From Octopus vulgaris (taxonomy: Eukaryota): a stretch of 64,000 nucleotides of DNA. The stretch is from the NCBI GenBank assembly GCA_951406725.2, contig OX597821.1:26908001-26972000 (forward strand). Reading direction: 5' to 3'. Both the position numbers and the translations under genes were made by a program. Of this stretch, positions 38,811 to 51,915 are shown piece after piece. The first letter of the stretch is position 1. Each line of letters begins with the position of its first letter. Under the pieces are notes generated by a model. The model was not told the origin of the DNA, searched no databases, and saw only the letters and a program-made list of their open reading frames with translations.

Positions 38811-41783
38811 ATTCTTTGACCATTTTACTGACATTTCGCAATAACGATGACAGTTATCTACAATTAGAACAGCCTGTGAATGGGTATTACCTGTAATTTC
38901 AAATTCCTTTCTGTAAGGAGAGGTAAGACTATAAAACTGAAAACAGTTTGTCAGTCTAGCGTAGCTTTGTAAAAGCTGAGCTGCCTGAAAGTCAAAGATT
39001 TCATTAGTGAGCTTATTACTCAACCAGCTATAGCGATCACCAATAAATCTAAATTATGTCCAACATCATTCTGAATAACTACCTTCTGTTTATTTTTTAT
39101 ACGTCGTTTATCGCTCATATTATAAATGTGCATGGCAATGTCGATAAGATCAATAGGAAATAAAAAATGGAGAAACAAATTATAAAAATCAAAATAGACG
39201 AAACTATCAGTACTGATTTCAGTTGAAGCAATGATCATCATAGAAATATGATCAAAAGAATTATTAGATATTTTTTTAAGGAATCTTTTCAAATAAGATT
39301 TTGTTAGTGATTTTTTTTCATGTTATCAGGAAAATGATTAATTGACGATTGGCTACGTTCAGTTATCTTTTAATTACGAAGATATCCCCGTGTAATTAGC
39401 TTTTTTTAATAAAAAAGCAACATTATCTGGTTATTTACACGATTTAACGTTATAAAAGGAAAGCGAATAAAATATACTACAAATATGGCTGGACTATTGA
39501 AGGAAAACATGGAAATATTTTCATTTTTTAAAATATGGACGCAAATAAAATATCTGCGTTCCTTATGACCTTGAAGTATCTCCCTGTAATTTCTCGGCAG
39601 AGAAAATAGTATGTTAGAAAATACACGTTTTCCCGATGATATTGGGGAGCTAAAAATGAAAAATATACTGATTTATTCACAAAATGTCACAGTATTAGAA
39701 ATACAAGGATCATATCTCTTATGCGTCGCCATTCTCAATATTAGCTACAAAACATAGTTTTACACTTGTGTGTATGTTCTTAAATTCCGATAAATTTTAC
39801 TTCAGGTTAGAAGCAATATATTCCATCATGTGAAAAGGCAGCACCACTGGATTGAGAGAAGTGTCCAGATAAACTTTCAGTAAAATATTTCGAGACTTAT
39901 TCAAATACGTAAGAATTACTAACAAACTAAACACTATTTGAACATGTATGAACTTTTTCATGTTTCATTTGTAGTATATCAACATATAGAAACATTTAAA
40001 TCAACGAAAAGCGAATTCCGACGTATACGAGGGTAAAAATTAAAATAAAACTTTGGGAGAATTTTAAGATTTTGTCATCAAAAGCTATATTTATTTGTAA
40101 TGTTTAAGATTTGCTAAATCTGTATACTCTTTGTCGTCCTTTGGCCATGAGTACTTGATGACAGGAAATGAATGGTGTGTGTAGTCGCGCATACGCGGAA
40201 GGAATGTGACTGATTGAAGTGAAAAAAAGTTAGGGCAAAACAGAATACTAGATTGTGGAAGAGGGTGAAATGGGGAGAAAATAAGAGTGATAAGGAATGA
40301 GGGAAGTTAGCGTGTGAGGAATGATTTATAGAAGGATAGATGTATTTCCAGAAACGGGGTCGCTAATTACAGCCACAGAATACTTCACAGTACAGTATTC
40401 ACACATGTAAGTAGACGCAAAGGTTTGTAGATTATCTATAAATTACATGAAGAAACATAACCATACAGAAAGTGAAACCTGTGCTGCCAGCTTGCATGTT
40501 ATCACTTAAATACACTCATACAATAACATTAAAATAAGATGGAAATTATGTTAAAAATAACAGTCATAAAATACAAAATAGGTAAAACATTCTTGTAGAG
40601 ACATTTTCAGTAGTATAAAATCATAAAAGTTTTAGTTTCTTTGTAAAACCGAGACCTCAACACATTTTCGATTCTCTTTACTATCGCCGCTAAAAGACAT
40701 GGGAGAGACATGAACCTCATTTCTCTTCTAAACGTATAGGAACGTGTGTAGAACGAAAAGAAATCAACATCCATGAAATATTTCTTTTCTGGAAAATTCT
40801 CCAACATTCAATAAAATACATTTCGTTATTGCTTTTATGATTTCGAGATTAAAATAGATTTGACCACAAATATTGATTTTCTTGCAACTCTATATTATAA
40901 ACGAGAAGAAGGAAACACCATCACTACTGAGTCGTATACGTCTTAGATAAATTACTCTTGGATATCAGACCCATTCATGACCTTTTTCGCAAGTTGATGG
41001 AAAAATTGGTTTTATAGACGCTCCAAGTGTAGAAAATAAAAGAGGAAAGGTGGTTAATGCTATTTTATTAAACACCAGAAACATTTATTTACCATATAGG
41101 TATTAGACCTTTAGGCACCAAATAGCTAGAAATCTTTTAAAATATTCATCCTAAATCATTAAATAAATTGCACCAACAAATTGTAATGGTATGCATTACA
41201 ATTGCTCTAATTACATTTGTCAAAGTACTTCAAGATTGAATTGTAAATGACACGTCCTCAAGCAAGCTGACGGTTTTACGCTTCGAGCTTTACAACATAG
41301 ATGTGTACTAGGTTTCAGTTTCATATATTAATGTTCTTGAAATAAGTTTGGAAATCTAATAACTTATTTTCGTTTCACTTTATGTGAAATAGCTGACAGG
41401 ATGGCGTATTATACTGACTGCTAATAAATTACAGGTTCAAAATCCGCTGAAGATTGTTTATCGTTTTCCAGAAAATATGAATGTAATGTAGAAATTGACA
41501 CTGATACATATGTAATATTGAATGGTAGTCACGAGGATGACAAAGCAGAATGTATTAAAATGATATTATATATATATATATATACAAAATAAGAAAATGG
41601 AGAAATACATCTAAATCAATAATCAACTATCAGATAATACCCAATCACATAATTTATTAAACCACTACATATGAACATTAAGGTCAAACATAATAATATA
41701 GAACAAAACAATGTACATGAAAGAATAATATGGTACAATAAGTGCAGTGAATATAAATAAATACAAATATAAATATAAACTAC

Positions 41784-41910
41784 ATCTTACAGCTGTTTCA
41801 GCCATGTAGATATGGGTGCCTCATTATGCTCATATTAGCAATGTGTTATAGGTTAATATGTAGTTATAAATGAGACACTTACAAAAATATCTCAATGCCT
41901 CTTCAGAGAT
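41784..41910 (-). ncRNA. Type-I hammerhead motif with ~100-nt helix II
   Basis: Minus strand: atct-CTGAAGA-ggcattgagatat...atatctacatggct-GAAAC-agct-GTA-agat; inner stem gtgtctcatt/aatgaggcac. Confidence 0.8.
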
Positions 41911-42484
41911 TATGAAGTACAAACTAAATTAAATATGAAAATCAGAGGAAGTACACCCATACAAGAGTGGGTACATACCCATAATATATAATATACACAT
42001 ACATATGAGTGCATATGCCCATACTCCTATACATATACATAATAATAATATACAGCAATATACATACATATGTTCTATATTCAAGGTTAATATATTAGAA
42101 TATTACAATATAGAAACACACATATCTATATTCAAATGCAGATATACAAAGTCAAGAGTTCATTATATTAAGTTATAAAATGCCATTAATATTACCATCA
42201 TTACTATTACCATTGCCACTATTGCTACTGATATCATTATTATTATTATGAATAACATTAATACCAGCAAATTACATATATATATATCTTACGTTTTATA
42301 TTTAATAATAATTTCTGTTAACATAGGGTATATGTATCTAGATGTCCTTCGGTTGTTTGGTTATGCATCAATGTATATATATGCAAAGCTGTGGGCAGAC
42401 ATGTATATCTGTAATATATATGTGTGTGTGCGCGTGTGTGTATGTGCGTCCGTATACGCGCGCGTAAATGTACATTGTATAAAT

Positions 42485-42850
42485 ACTCTTTTACTTCTTT
42501 CAGTCATTTGACTGTAGCCATGCTGGAGCATCGCCTTTTGTCGAGCAAATCGACCCCAGGATTTATTCTTTGTAAGCCTATTCTAACCGTCTCTTTTGTC
42601 GAACTGCTAAGTTACATGGAGATAAATTCGCATCGGTTGTCAAGCGATGCTGGGTGGACAAACACAGACACACAAACATATACACACACATACATATATA
42701 TACATATATACGACGGGTTTCTTTCAGTTTCCATCTATCAAATCCACTCACCAGGCTTTGGTCGGCCAGAGGCTATAGTAGAAGACACTTGCCCAAGGTG
42801 CCACGCAGTAGGACTGAACCCAGAACCAAGTGTTTGGTAAGCAAGCTACT
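42485..42850 (-). mobile_element. SINE family 1
   Basis: Colinear with 24247-24686. Confidence 0.85.
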
Positions 42851-43161
42851 TTATTTCATAAATTTGTCATATAGACAGTACAAAGAGCATTTCTGGATAA
42901 ACGCATTAATGAATGAAAATGAATTATAATGAATAGATGAGAGACGAAACCCAACACCCGCCGATTGGATTTTTCTCGAAAACATATTTTCTTTTAAATC
43001 AATATAAGGTTTCAAACCTTTTACAAGGAGGAAGCACTAAAACCTCTTACTTAACATATTTTCTTTTTTCTTTCTTAAAACGCAAAATTGAGGTTATAAA
43101 CCACTACAAATTAGTCCAATAAGGTGAGGTTTCAACCTCTGTAACAAGGGTCTTTCACCTC

Positions 43162-44437
43162 CTACTCTTCGATATATCCATCGATATATTCATCATTATC
43201 TTCAATGCCGCTTGAGTTCCTGTATCCCGCCATTTCCCATGCCTCACTCATGTAGCACATGTAAGTCGTGTAAGGGCCACCCGGCCATATACAACACTCC
43301 TCCCCAAATCCTTTAAGCCTTTCCCACAAGGGAAACTTTATGACCTCCACAGCTATCTGCGGAGGCCATTCGGGATCCCGTGTGAAGGGCATATCTACTG
43401 TTTCTTTATGTTCTTCTACTATTTTTTCCACCTCCCCGCCCTTGTAGAAAAAGATATTCAATTGATCATCTTTAAGGGTGGGGGTGGTTTCTTCCACCGT
43501 GGGTGGCACAACTTCGGGGCATGCAGTCCGCACATCATCTCCCTGCTGAGATGACTCGTTCTTCTTCTTTCTTTTTTTCTTTTCTTCCTGGCTTCGGGAG
43601 AGTGAAACTCTTCCGCTTTGTCCAGAGACTCTCCCCCGCCTCCCGAAGCCTTAGGTTCCTTCGGCGGGCAACTATTGTTGCCTGCCTTCTTCCTTTTTAA
43701 TCCTTTTTGAGTTGAGGAGGCAGAAGCCTCCTCGACCACATCCACCTCTCCCTTTGACCGGGTAGGGGCGGTGGCATCTGGTGACTGTTCCAGGACCTTA
43801 CCATGGTCCTGGGGGCAGTCCATTTTAATGTGGCCTGGCTGCAGGCACGAGTGACACTTTGGGGGACGTCCCTCAAGTATCACCGGATACCTGCAGCCAG
43901 CCATTTTCAAGAAATCTGGAAAAACCAGTTCTGTTGCGGCCGATGGGGTCCACAGGGTCAAAATCGCTTTTGACCCTTCCCAATCGACCGCCGGCAATAC
44001 CCTTACATTTAAGAGCCTGGGCCCGCCATCCCCCAGTCCCCGTCGGATGGTATCTTCAATCCAATCCGGTTCGGTGCCCGGGGGTAGCCCACATACCCGG
44101 GCTCGTATTAATTTTCTTCCACAATATGACGAGAGAAACAAAATTTCCTTGCCTTCTAAAGGCTGACTCGCAAACTGGCGAGCCTTTTATCCCCGTTTTC
44201 AAACAGCAACCATACGGTTGCATGTTTGACACCACGGGATATATATTTTACAGAGAACAAATGTTCTTTAAGTTAATTTTTTATGACTTGTTTTGGGAAG
44301 ACGGTGATGGAATTAAGAACTTTAGAATACGTTCTAAGTACGACCGTCTTCTCCTCCATATCTTTTAACCACTGCTTAGGCGGGTTAATTTCCCACTCTA
44401 AGACAGAGTTTTTCTTTTTAAGTTCCTTCTCTGCCAT
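43162..44437 (-). pseudogene. L1/Tx1-type ORF1 (gag-like) with CCHC zinc knuckle, frameshifted
   Basis: RARVCGLPP...YPVILEGRPPKCHSCLQPGHIKMDCP (CX2CX4HX4C) followed by a basic low-complexity region; candidate start MAEKELKKK near 44437. Confidence 0.7.
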
Positions 44438-44980
44438 GTCAAAAAACAGTTCAAAATTAGTTCAAAAGACAGTCTGCCAAAAAATTAAATTGAATAAAAA
44501 TAAAACAAAATAAAAGAGGAGGGGAGGAAACTGAAATTAAAGTAATGAAAAGAATGAACCAAGATTTAGAAAGAAAGAAAAATAGGAGAAGGGAAAGGTA
44601 AAAGAAAAACCTCACAAATAGCACAGACAGGGAATCCTTTGTATAATACTCCAAAAAGGTAATCCAAAAGGGTAATCCAAATGGCTTATTCTTATTTTTC
44701 TGGCGAGATACGCCCACTAGAATTCACAAGAAAAATTCTCAAACAAAAATTCTCAATTCACCGTTGCGGTGATGAGAACCCAGTATTTTGCTCGCTATAG
44801 CGAGCCATAATTGACAATTTTCTTTGTTCTTTTTTTTCTGTTCACGGAGCCGAAACTCACATCTGCTCACTGTAACAGTTCGGACCAACTAGTGTTGCAT
44901 TCTGGGTAAGCAAGCTACTTACCACACAGCCACTACTGCGCCTACATATATATATATATATATACATACATACACATATA

Positions 44981-45860
44981 TACAGTGTGTGATGGGTAAA
45001 TTGTCGCCGATCTATATTTTCCATTTCGCGCTTGTGCATTGTTTACTTTTGATTTTGCCGACTACACAGTCTAGTAGGTTCAGTTGGGCACCGTCTGTGA
45101 GAAAATCATCAATATAATGCAATTCATTCTGCGAGAAATTTGGAAATGACATGCTGTACTGCTTGGCATCCGCGCCCTGAACTGCAATACGAACATTTCG
45201 ATGTGTTTTGATGTCAATCTGAGGACAGTGCAATCTGCGGACATGTACCGAGAGTGATAAAAATTCATACATTCAATCAACATCATGGAGTTTGGAGTGA
45301 TCACTAGTGATGACGGTGTTACGCCACCATCTATCTTCTCACACGGCCCCTGACTCAGCACGGAGGCCTACATCAAGTGCCTGGGGAAGATAGTGCTGAC
45401 TTGGAGGGTGATGAGGGTGGCTGCTGGAAATCTCTATGTCTGGCAATGGGACTCTGCACTTTGCCACACAAGCAGGAGGACCCAGTCAGGACAGTGAGAC
45501 AATTTCTGCGGCCACATCACCCTTAACATCTGGCCATTTAACTCCCTAGACGGCAACCTCCTTGAATATTGTGTGCGGGGTGCAGTTGAGCGAGAGACCA
45601 ACAAAACTCCTTGTTACACCAAAGATGAACCTAAGGAAAGTATTATGGCAACATCCATCATCTTAAAGAAGGAGACCATCCAGAAGAGTTGCAGGAAATT
45701 CCGAAGTCGTCTGAATGCCGTGGTTAAAGCAGATGACGATTTTATTCAATAAATTTACTTTTTAGTAGTTCAAGATATTTTTATGTAATTTTGGAAAAGA
45801 TATCTGTTAAAATGAGATGTCAGTGTTATTTTAATTTTTTCTTAATTTAGGCAATATAGC
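44981..45860 (+). mobile_element. Internally deleted Tc1/mariner-superfamily element (maT/DD37D-like)
   Basis: Starts TA-CAGTGTG; IMEFGVITSD, YVWQWDSALCH, IWPFNSLDGNLLEY (degenerate WPPNSPDLNPLDY), SCRKFRSRLNAVVKA. Confidence 0.8.
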
Positions 45861-45884
45861 CTTAATTTAGGTTATATATATAAC

Positions 45885-45916
<32 letters not shown>

Positions 45917-45934
45917 CAATTTTTGTTTCTCTAT

Positions 45935-46312
45935 TTACTTGTTTCAGTCATTAAACGGCAGCCATGCTGGGGCACCGAGTAATGAATTCTAATCGAATAA
46001 CTCAGCATTTTATTTTTTAAAACTGGTACTTATTCTATCGTAATCTTTGCCGAGGTTGGGGGTGTAAACACACCAGCAGGTTAAATGTTGGTGAGAGACA
46101 AACAAAACACACGCGGACAAAGAAATACATAACTACCCGCTCACACACATACACACACACGCACACACATACATACATCATGTTTCTTTCCGTTCCCGTC
46201 TATCAAACCACTCATAAGGCTTTGGTCAGCTCGAGACTATAGCAGATGACAATTGCCCAAGGTGCCTCGCAGTAGAACTGAACAAAGAACCATGTAGTTG
46301 GGAAGCAAACTC
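45935..46312 (-). mobile_element. SINE family 1, diverged
   Basis: TTACTTGTTTCAGTCATT...GCCATGCTGG...CCCAAGGTGCC..GCAGT. Confidence 0.75.
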
Positions 46313-46338
46313 CCGATACATACATATATTTATGTCTG

Positions 46339-46443
<105 letters not shown>

Positions 46444-46457
46444 ATATATATATATAT

Positions 46458-47898
46458 CACCCAAGACACACCAAAACAAACATCACGTTCTACATTGCAA
46501 GAAGGATATGCACAATAGTGTCAGAGAAAATACCAGAGAATTTAGACTGCAAGAACTCAAAAACACCCTGATTGACAGACACTACCCAGTTCAACTCATA
46601 GAGGATATAATCAGACATGCAACACAAATCGACATATGAGCCTTAAGAAAAGTTCAACACAGCAACACACCTTCCTCGAAAATACTGCTGTACATATCCA
46701 CATACAACCCCAGAAACAAAGAAGCCTTCATCATCTTCACCCAAAATTTACCAATGGTACATAAGGACCCCAAATTGAAGGAAATTTTACACACACATAA
46801 AATCATTAAAAGCCACAAACAACCGAAATCACCAGAAAAGATCCTCACAAACGTAAAATAACGTTTTCTAAAATAACGGACGCAAAAGTGAATAAATGTG
46901 GTAGACCAAATTGCGCAACATGCACAAGCCTTGTAAAAGGATCAATATACCTTAATAAAGAGGGACAAAAATTCAAAATCAAATCTGACTTTACCTGTGC
47001 CTAGGAAAACCTGAAAAGTTTTATAACATTTTTTAACATAACGATTTAAATATATTCTTTAACCATATAACACATGTCTTCTGTAGGTTTTTCACTTTAT
47101 TTCGTCTGTTATACATCCAACCACGTTCTTTCACATACCAACTCTTTCACCGATATACATACATATATACATACATATGCCCTTGCTGCCACCAAAACTA
47201 CATACGATCCACGGGATTATCGCTCGGACGCAGATGCACTCTGCACCGACAGACGATGGCATTCCCAGAATGATAGCCTTAAGTGAGCACATTAAGAAAT
47301 TTGCAAAGCAACTGCTACCACAATTTGTAATATTTCCGTGTTATCAATGTGCCATTGGGACACCAACACAAGTTGGATTAAATAAGGAAACCTTCTTCAT
47401 TGAAAAATATAAGCCAAAACATAACCATTTCTAGTATTTTCAAATAAGGAAACTTACCTCGCCGGTAAAAAATATAAAGCAAAACCTAACCACTTCTAAA
47501 ATTCTATTCTTTCTAAACCAAATCATGTTAAATTAATAATACCTAGTCATTTCCAACATTTTTGATTATCTCCCTTATAGTGAAAAAAATCCTTGATTAC
47601 CTTCCCCTGTCTGGAACTCTCATACTTCACATTCTAGCGAAGAGATGACACAATATATGGGTAAAGAAATTTGAGAAATTTGAAAAGAAAATACGAAACC
47701 GGTTATTTCTCCAAAAACAATGTTACTATAAACAAAGTTTTATAACATTTTTTAACATAACGATTTAAATATATTCTTTAACCATATAACACATGTCTTC
47801 TGTAGGTTTTTCACTTTATTTCGTCTGTTATACATCCAACCACGTTCTTTCACATACCAACTCTTTCACCGATATACATACATATATACATACATATG
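46458..47898 (+). mobile_element. Penelope-like element 3' portion (thumb, linker, GIY-YIG, 3' UTR)
   Basis: HPRHTKTNITFYIARRICTIVS; RLQELKNTLIDRHYP; KCGRPNCATC; FTCA*ENL; PCCHQNYI; ETFFIEKYKP. Confidence 0.85.
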
Positions 47899-47945
<47 letters not shown>

Positions 47946-48381
47946 GCATATATATATATATATATACATATTTATATATACACACACACACATATATATA
48001 CACATATACATATATGCATATATAGTGAGTGAGAGACAGAGAAAATGAGAGAATATACGAGGAGTTTCCTTCAACTGACGCAATGTAACGGGTGTACTAT
48101 AAGTGCTTAGTTCGGTTTACCATTAAATGTCCAGCTTCAACAGCATCTATAAAGTGTTTTATTGAGAGTGCCTATCGAAGGCAGTTAGAAGTGGTTTCTC
48201 CTTGAGTGGGTAGATATAGAATAATATAAAAAAGCAAAATATTTGTAATAGCTCGAAAAAAGTAAACATTTTATTTATATAGAAAGTATAAACATTGATA
48301 GTCACTTGACATTGCAAGACTATGTTTATACACCGAATCCAATGTTTCACTTTCTTATTTTATTTTAATATATATATATAG

Positions 48382-49316
48382 TAGTAGTAACAGAAAAGAA
48401 GAATTTCGGTTGTCCCCACGTGGTGGATTGTAATGTATATAAGAAAAATAAAAATGGAAAATACGCACACTTACATGGTTATAGTATAATTTTTAATGTA
48501 TCGACCGGTTTCGCAATCGCTATTCATGATACAATGTTTAATTTATATGAAAATATATTTTTTCTTAAGAAGAAAATGGGTCCATGTCATTTATAATGAG
48601 ATTCACGACGAATGATTTTACAAGTTGACAAGTAAAGGGAGGTAATTGGTTGTTATTATTGTTATTGTTGTCTGTAAGGGAGATAACTGTTTAGGTTTTG
48701 GTTGGGTAAAAAATATGTGTATGGAAAGGAGACAGGTTTAAAAAAAGGTGGGGCCTTTTTTAGTAGGGGATTTATGTACAGTGATGTAATATGAAAAATA
48801 TAAAAATTGGTTATGCGTGCTTATTCAGACGCGTTTTGTATTTTTTAATGAAAAAAGTTTCTTTATTTAAGAGTTCTAGTTGAGTGATTGTGTCTTTGCA
48901 CTGGTAAACAGGGAAGACTGTAAAATTTGGTTTGGTGTTACCTGCACATTTTTCTGTGTTCACTAAGTGGGATTTGTCTGTATCGCGGGAAACGGATTTG
49001 CTCCTTATGCAGAGTAATTCTCTTCCTCAAAATTAAACTCTTTTGTCTAATGTACTGATGACTGCAACCCGAGTAGGTTATTACATAAATTAGGTTCTCA
49101 CAGAGGCACAGGTGAAACTAGTTTTAATTGTGAACCTCATTCACTCGTGAAACTCATTATAAACGACATGGACCCATTTTCTTAAGAAAAAATACATTTT
49201 CATATAAATTAAACATTGTATCATGAATAGCGATTGCGAAACCGGTCGATACATTAAAAATTATACTATAACCATGTAAGTGTGCGTATTTTCCGTTTTT
49301 ATTTTTATTTCTCTTA

Positions 49317-49320
<4 letters not shown>
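48382..49320 (-). mobile_element. 5'-truncated PLE: GIY-YIG C-terminus between inverted ~180-bp terminal repeats, in (TA)n
   Basis: Arms 48436-48615 and 49137-49320. Minus-strand coding NLIYVITYSGCSHQYI...LHKEQIR...LNKETFFIKKYK. Tail 48382-48435. Confidence 0.9.
49217..49253 (+). ncRNA. Minimal hammerhead with A3-U8 core variant (identical mirror copy at 48497-48533, minus)
   Basis: tgtatc-ATGAATA-gc-gatt-gc-GAAAC-cg-GTC-gataca. Confidence 0.75.
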
Positions 49321-49353
<33 letters not shown>

Positions 49354-50326
49354 GTGTGTGTGTATATATATAGTCCAATGTAGGTGGAACTAACCTTGAA
49401 AGTACTCCTTCCAGAGAAAGATAAATAGAAATTTAATCAATATCTATAAAGCTGAAATACGAAAAAGTTGTTTGATTTCTTGGTTATTTGTCATTTTAGG
49501 ATTGGAACGGTTTAAATTGGATCAGATTGGCGCCAAAATTTACACTGGAGGTAAAATGGAGTGGGCAATGGTGTGGAGGTGAGGAGGGCTGCAAGACCCT
49601 CGGGGCTACTGTATGGTTGCCATGGTGAGGAATATGGGAAGCATTGAGTTTTATGGGATAGACTGGTTGCGCTGTTTGAATAATGGTGGGTTTTCGTGTT
49701 GTGTCAGGGGCTAGAGGCGGTTATCTATAATCTAATCTATAAAATGAAGGCGAACGTTGATACAAATTGATACAAATGGGGCAGGAAGGGGATTCAAATT
49801 TACAAGAGGGGGTAACCTGAGGTGAGAAATTGATTGGGAGACGTTTCGGGTCGCTACAGGGGTTGCTTTACTGTGAAAACGGGGATTTTTGTTGATTTTT
49901 GGGGACACTTGGTGGTCTGGATTGGACGCCTTTTCAATCAATGAAAAGTATTGCCTTTACGTCCATATGAAGCAGATGGGAAATTCCTGAGTGCCGAAAC
50001 GCAATTAATGTCTAGAACCAAGCCAAAGTTGTAGTCGCACAAGACAATGGCATGTGTTTCTTGGAATTGGGAGGGGAAATTCACTGTACTGGCTCAATGA
50101 TGCTATCCAGCAAAAATGATCCGATTAGCAACACGGCACACTTCTTCAACGATTCGATGGTTACCGCACGTTGATAATTTGACGAAAATTGTTATTCAAG
50201 AACCCGATTGGTTCTACCGCGCCCGCTGTATTCTCCTGCTGTATAGTCTTCATATTATTTCCTTTTTCATTCGCTCACTGAGAGTTTGCGAAACATCTCA
50301 ATGAAAAACGACATGGTCGTGAAAAC

Positions 50327-50371
<45 letters not shown>

Positions 50372-50373
<2 letters not shown>

Positions 50374-50624
50374 AAACATAATCAAATAGGGTAATAAAAT
50401 AAATTATTATTACCAGTGGCCTAGCACAAAAGACGAATTAGTCATTAGACTATATATTTTTCGTATAGAAATATAATAAAAGGCTTCCAAATAAGGAAGC
50501 GTAGTGCTAGAAACACAAAAAGGGATAAATTCATTCCTTTCATGAATTTTCATTCCTTTCATGAATTTATCCCTTTTTGTGTTTCTAGCACTACGCTTCC
50601 TTATTTGGAAGCCTTTTATTATAT
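50372..50624 (-). mobile_element. Palindromic element (64-bp arms 50471-50534 / 50561-50624) with tail, in (TA)n
   Basis: Arms are exact reverse complements; tail ends CTGGT...TTACCCT on the minus strand. Confidence 0.8.
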
Positions 50625-50626
50625 AA

Positions 50627-50658
<32 letters not shown>

Positions 50659-50659
50659 G

Positions 50660-51183
50660 TTTCTTGGAGCTCTTCTTTTCCTCTGCGGCATTCAAGTGCT
50701 TCTCCATCCGGTATGCCTCAAAGTTTTTCTTTAGTTGCTGACGAATCACACTGCTGAGAATGAAATATTCAAGGTGATCTTCAATAGATTTCTTCATATT
50801 TTCCTCTTCTCGAGTAACTTCGTAGTTTCTTCCGATATTCTTCCCTTCTTTTCTCTTTGCCTTCCTTAAACACTCCTTCGGTTTCGCCATCAGTGAGTTG
50901 TAGTCATCGTCTATGTCGTCTCCTTGGCACCAGTCTTCCTGCATGTTGGCTTCCTGCAGCTTTGCCTCGTTGTAGACTCGGACACGTTTTCCCCTATATA
51001 ATGGTACCCGCGCGAGCGGAAAAGACCACCCGGAAGACCTCCACGACGGTGGAGTTACGATTTCAGGAGGACGATTGGGATCACGTGGATGAGAAAGGCG
51101 CGATCAAGAGAGGAGTGGACAGCGTGCTGTGACCAGCGGTGTCAAATGGACGCCTGACAGACTGGTCGGTCAAGGTGATCTAG

Positions 51184-51188
<5 letters not shown>
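50660..51188. pseudogene. RTE-1-like LINE fragment with internal inversion
   Basis: Minus 50660-50975: DDIDDDYNSL...VIRQQLKKNFEAYRMEKHLNAAEEKKS. Plus ~51000-51188: WYPRERKRPPGRPPRRW...ARSREEW then a (AGGTGAT) tail repeat. Confidence 0.7.
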
Positions 51189-51229
<41 letters not shown>

Positions 51230-51410
51230 AGATCGGTAGTCACTACACACATTTTCTTCTCTCCTTGTTTCTCTCCTTGTTTTTTCTGTGTCCCTTTCTG
51301 TAGAAGAGCGTAGGCACGAAACGTAAAATACCTCTTCAATTCCTGAGCGTTATACTAATACATCTGTTTGTTTTGTACACCACCCGTCTTTTGTTATTGT
51401 CGTGAACTCT

Positions 51411-51412
<2 letters not shown>
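51230..51412 (+). mobile_element. (TA)n-flanked PLE-terminus-like element with minimal HHR variant (51295-51328)
   Basis: ttt-CTGTAGA-agagcgtaggcac-GAAAC-GTA-aaa; ends CTCTCCC then (TA)n. Confidence 0.55.
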
Positions 51413-51451
<39 letters not shown>

Positions 51452-51452
51452 T

Positions 51453-51487
<35 letters not shown>

Positions 51488-51488
51488 G

Positions 51489-51841
51489 ACGCAGGCGTGG
51501 CTGTGTGATTAGAAGCTTGCTTTCCAACCACATGGTTCCGGGTTCAGTCCCACTGCGTGCTAACTTGGGAAAGTGTCTCGGGTCGACCAAAACCATGTGA
51601 GTGGATTTGCTAGACGAAAACTGAAAAAGGCCCATCATATATATATGTATATGTATATCTTTGTCTGTCTGTGTCTGACAACCGATGTTAGTATGTTTAC
51701 GTCCCAGTAACTTAGCGGTTCGGCAAAAAGGGAACGATACAAAACGTACTAGGTTTTCAAAGAATAAGTCCTGATGTCAGTTTGTTCGACTGATGGCGGT
51801 GCCTCAGAATGGCCACAGTCAAATGACTGAAACAAGTAAAA

Positions 51842-51845
<4 letters not shown>
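51489..51845 (+). mobile_element. SINE family 1
   Basis: Head GCAGGCGTGGCTGTGTG...GGTTCAGTCCCACTGCG and 3' AAATGACTGAAACAAGTAAAAG. Confidence 0.85.

Positions 51846-51911
<66 letters not shown>

Positions 51912-51915
<4 letters not shown>

Noticed and set aside
38892-38984. Candidate minus-strand exon (TTTCAG...ACAG/GTAATA)
   Set aside because: The peptide is unrecognisable and such splice-like motifs arise by chance in AT-rich DNA.
39805-39908. Candidate plus-strand exon (TTTTACTTCAG...ATAC/GTAAGA)
   Set aside because: Stops in all three frames and no partner exons; could only be non-coding.
47635-47712. GAAACCGGTT in the PLE 3' UTR as an HHR
   Set aside because: No recognisable CTGANGA half or helix I; at most a decayed remnant.
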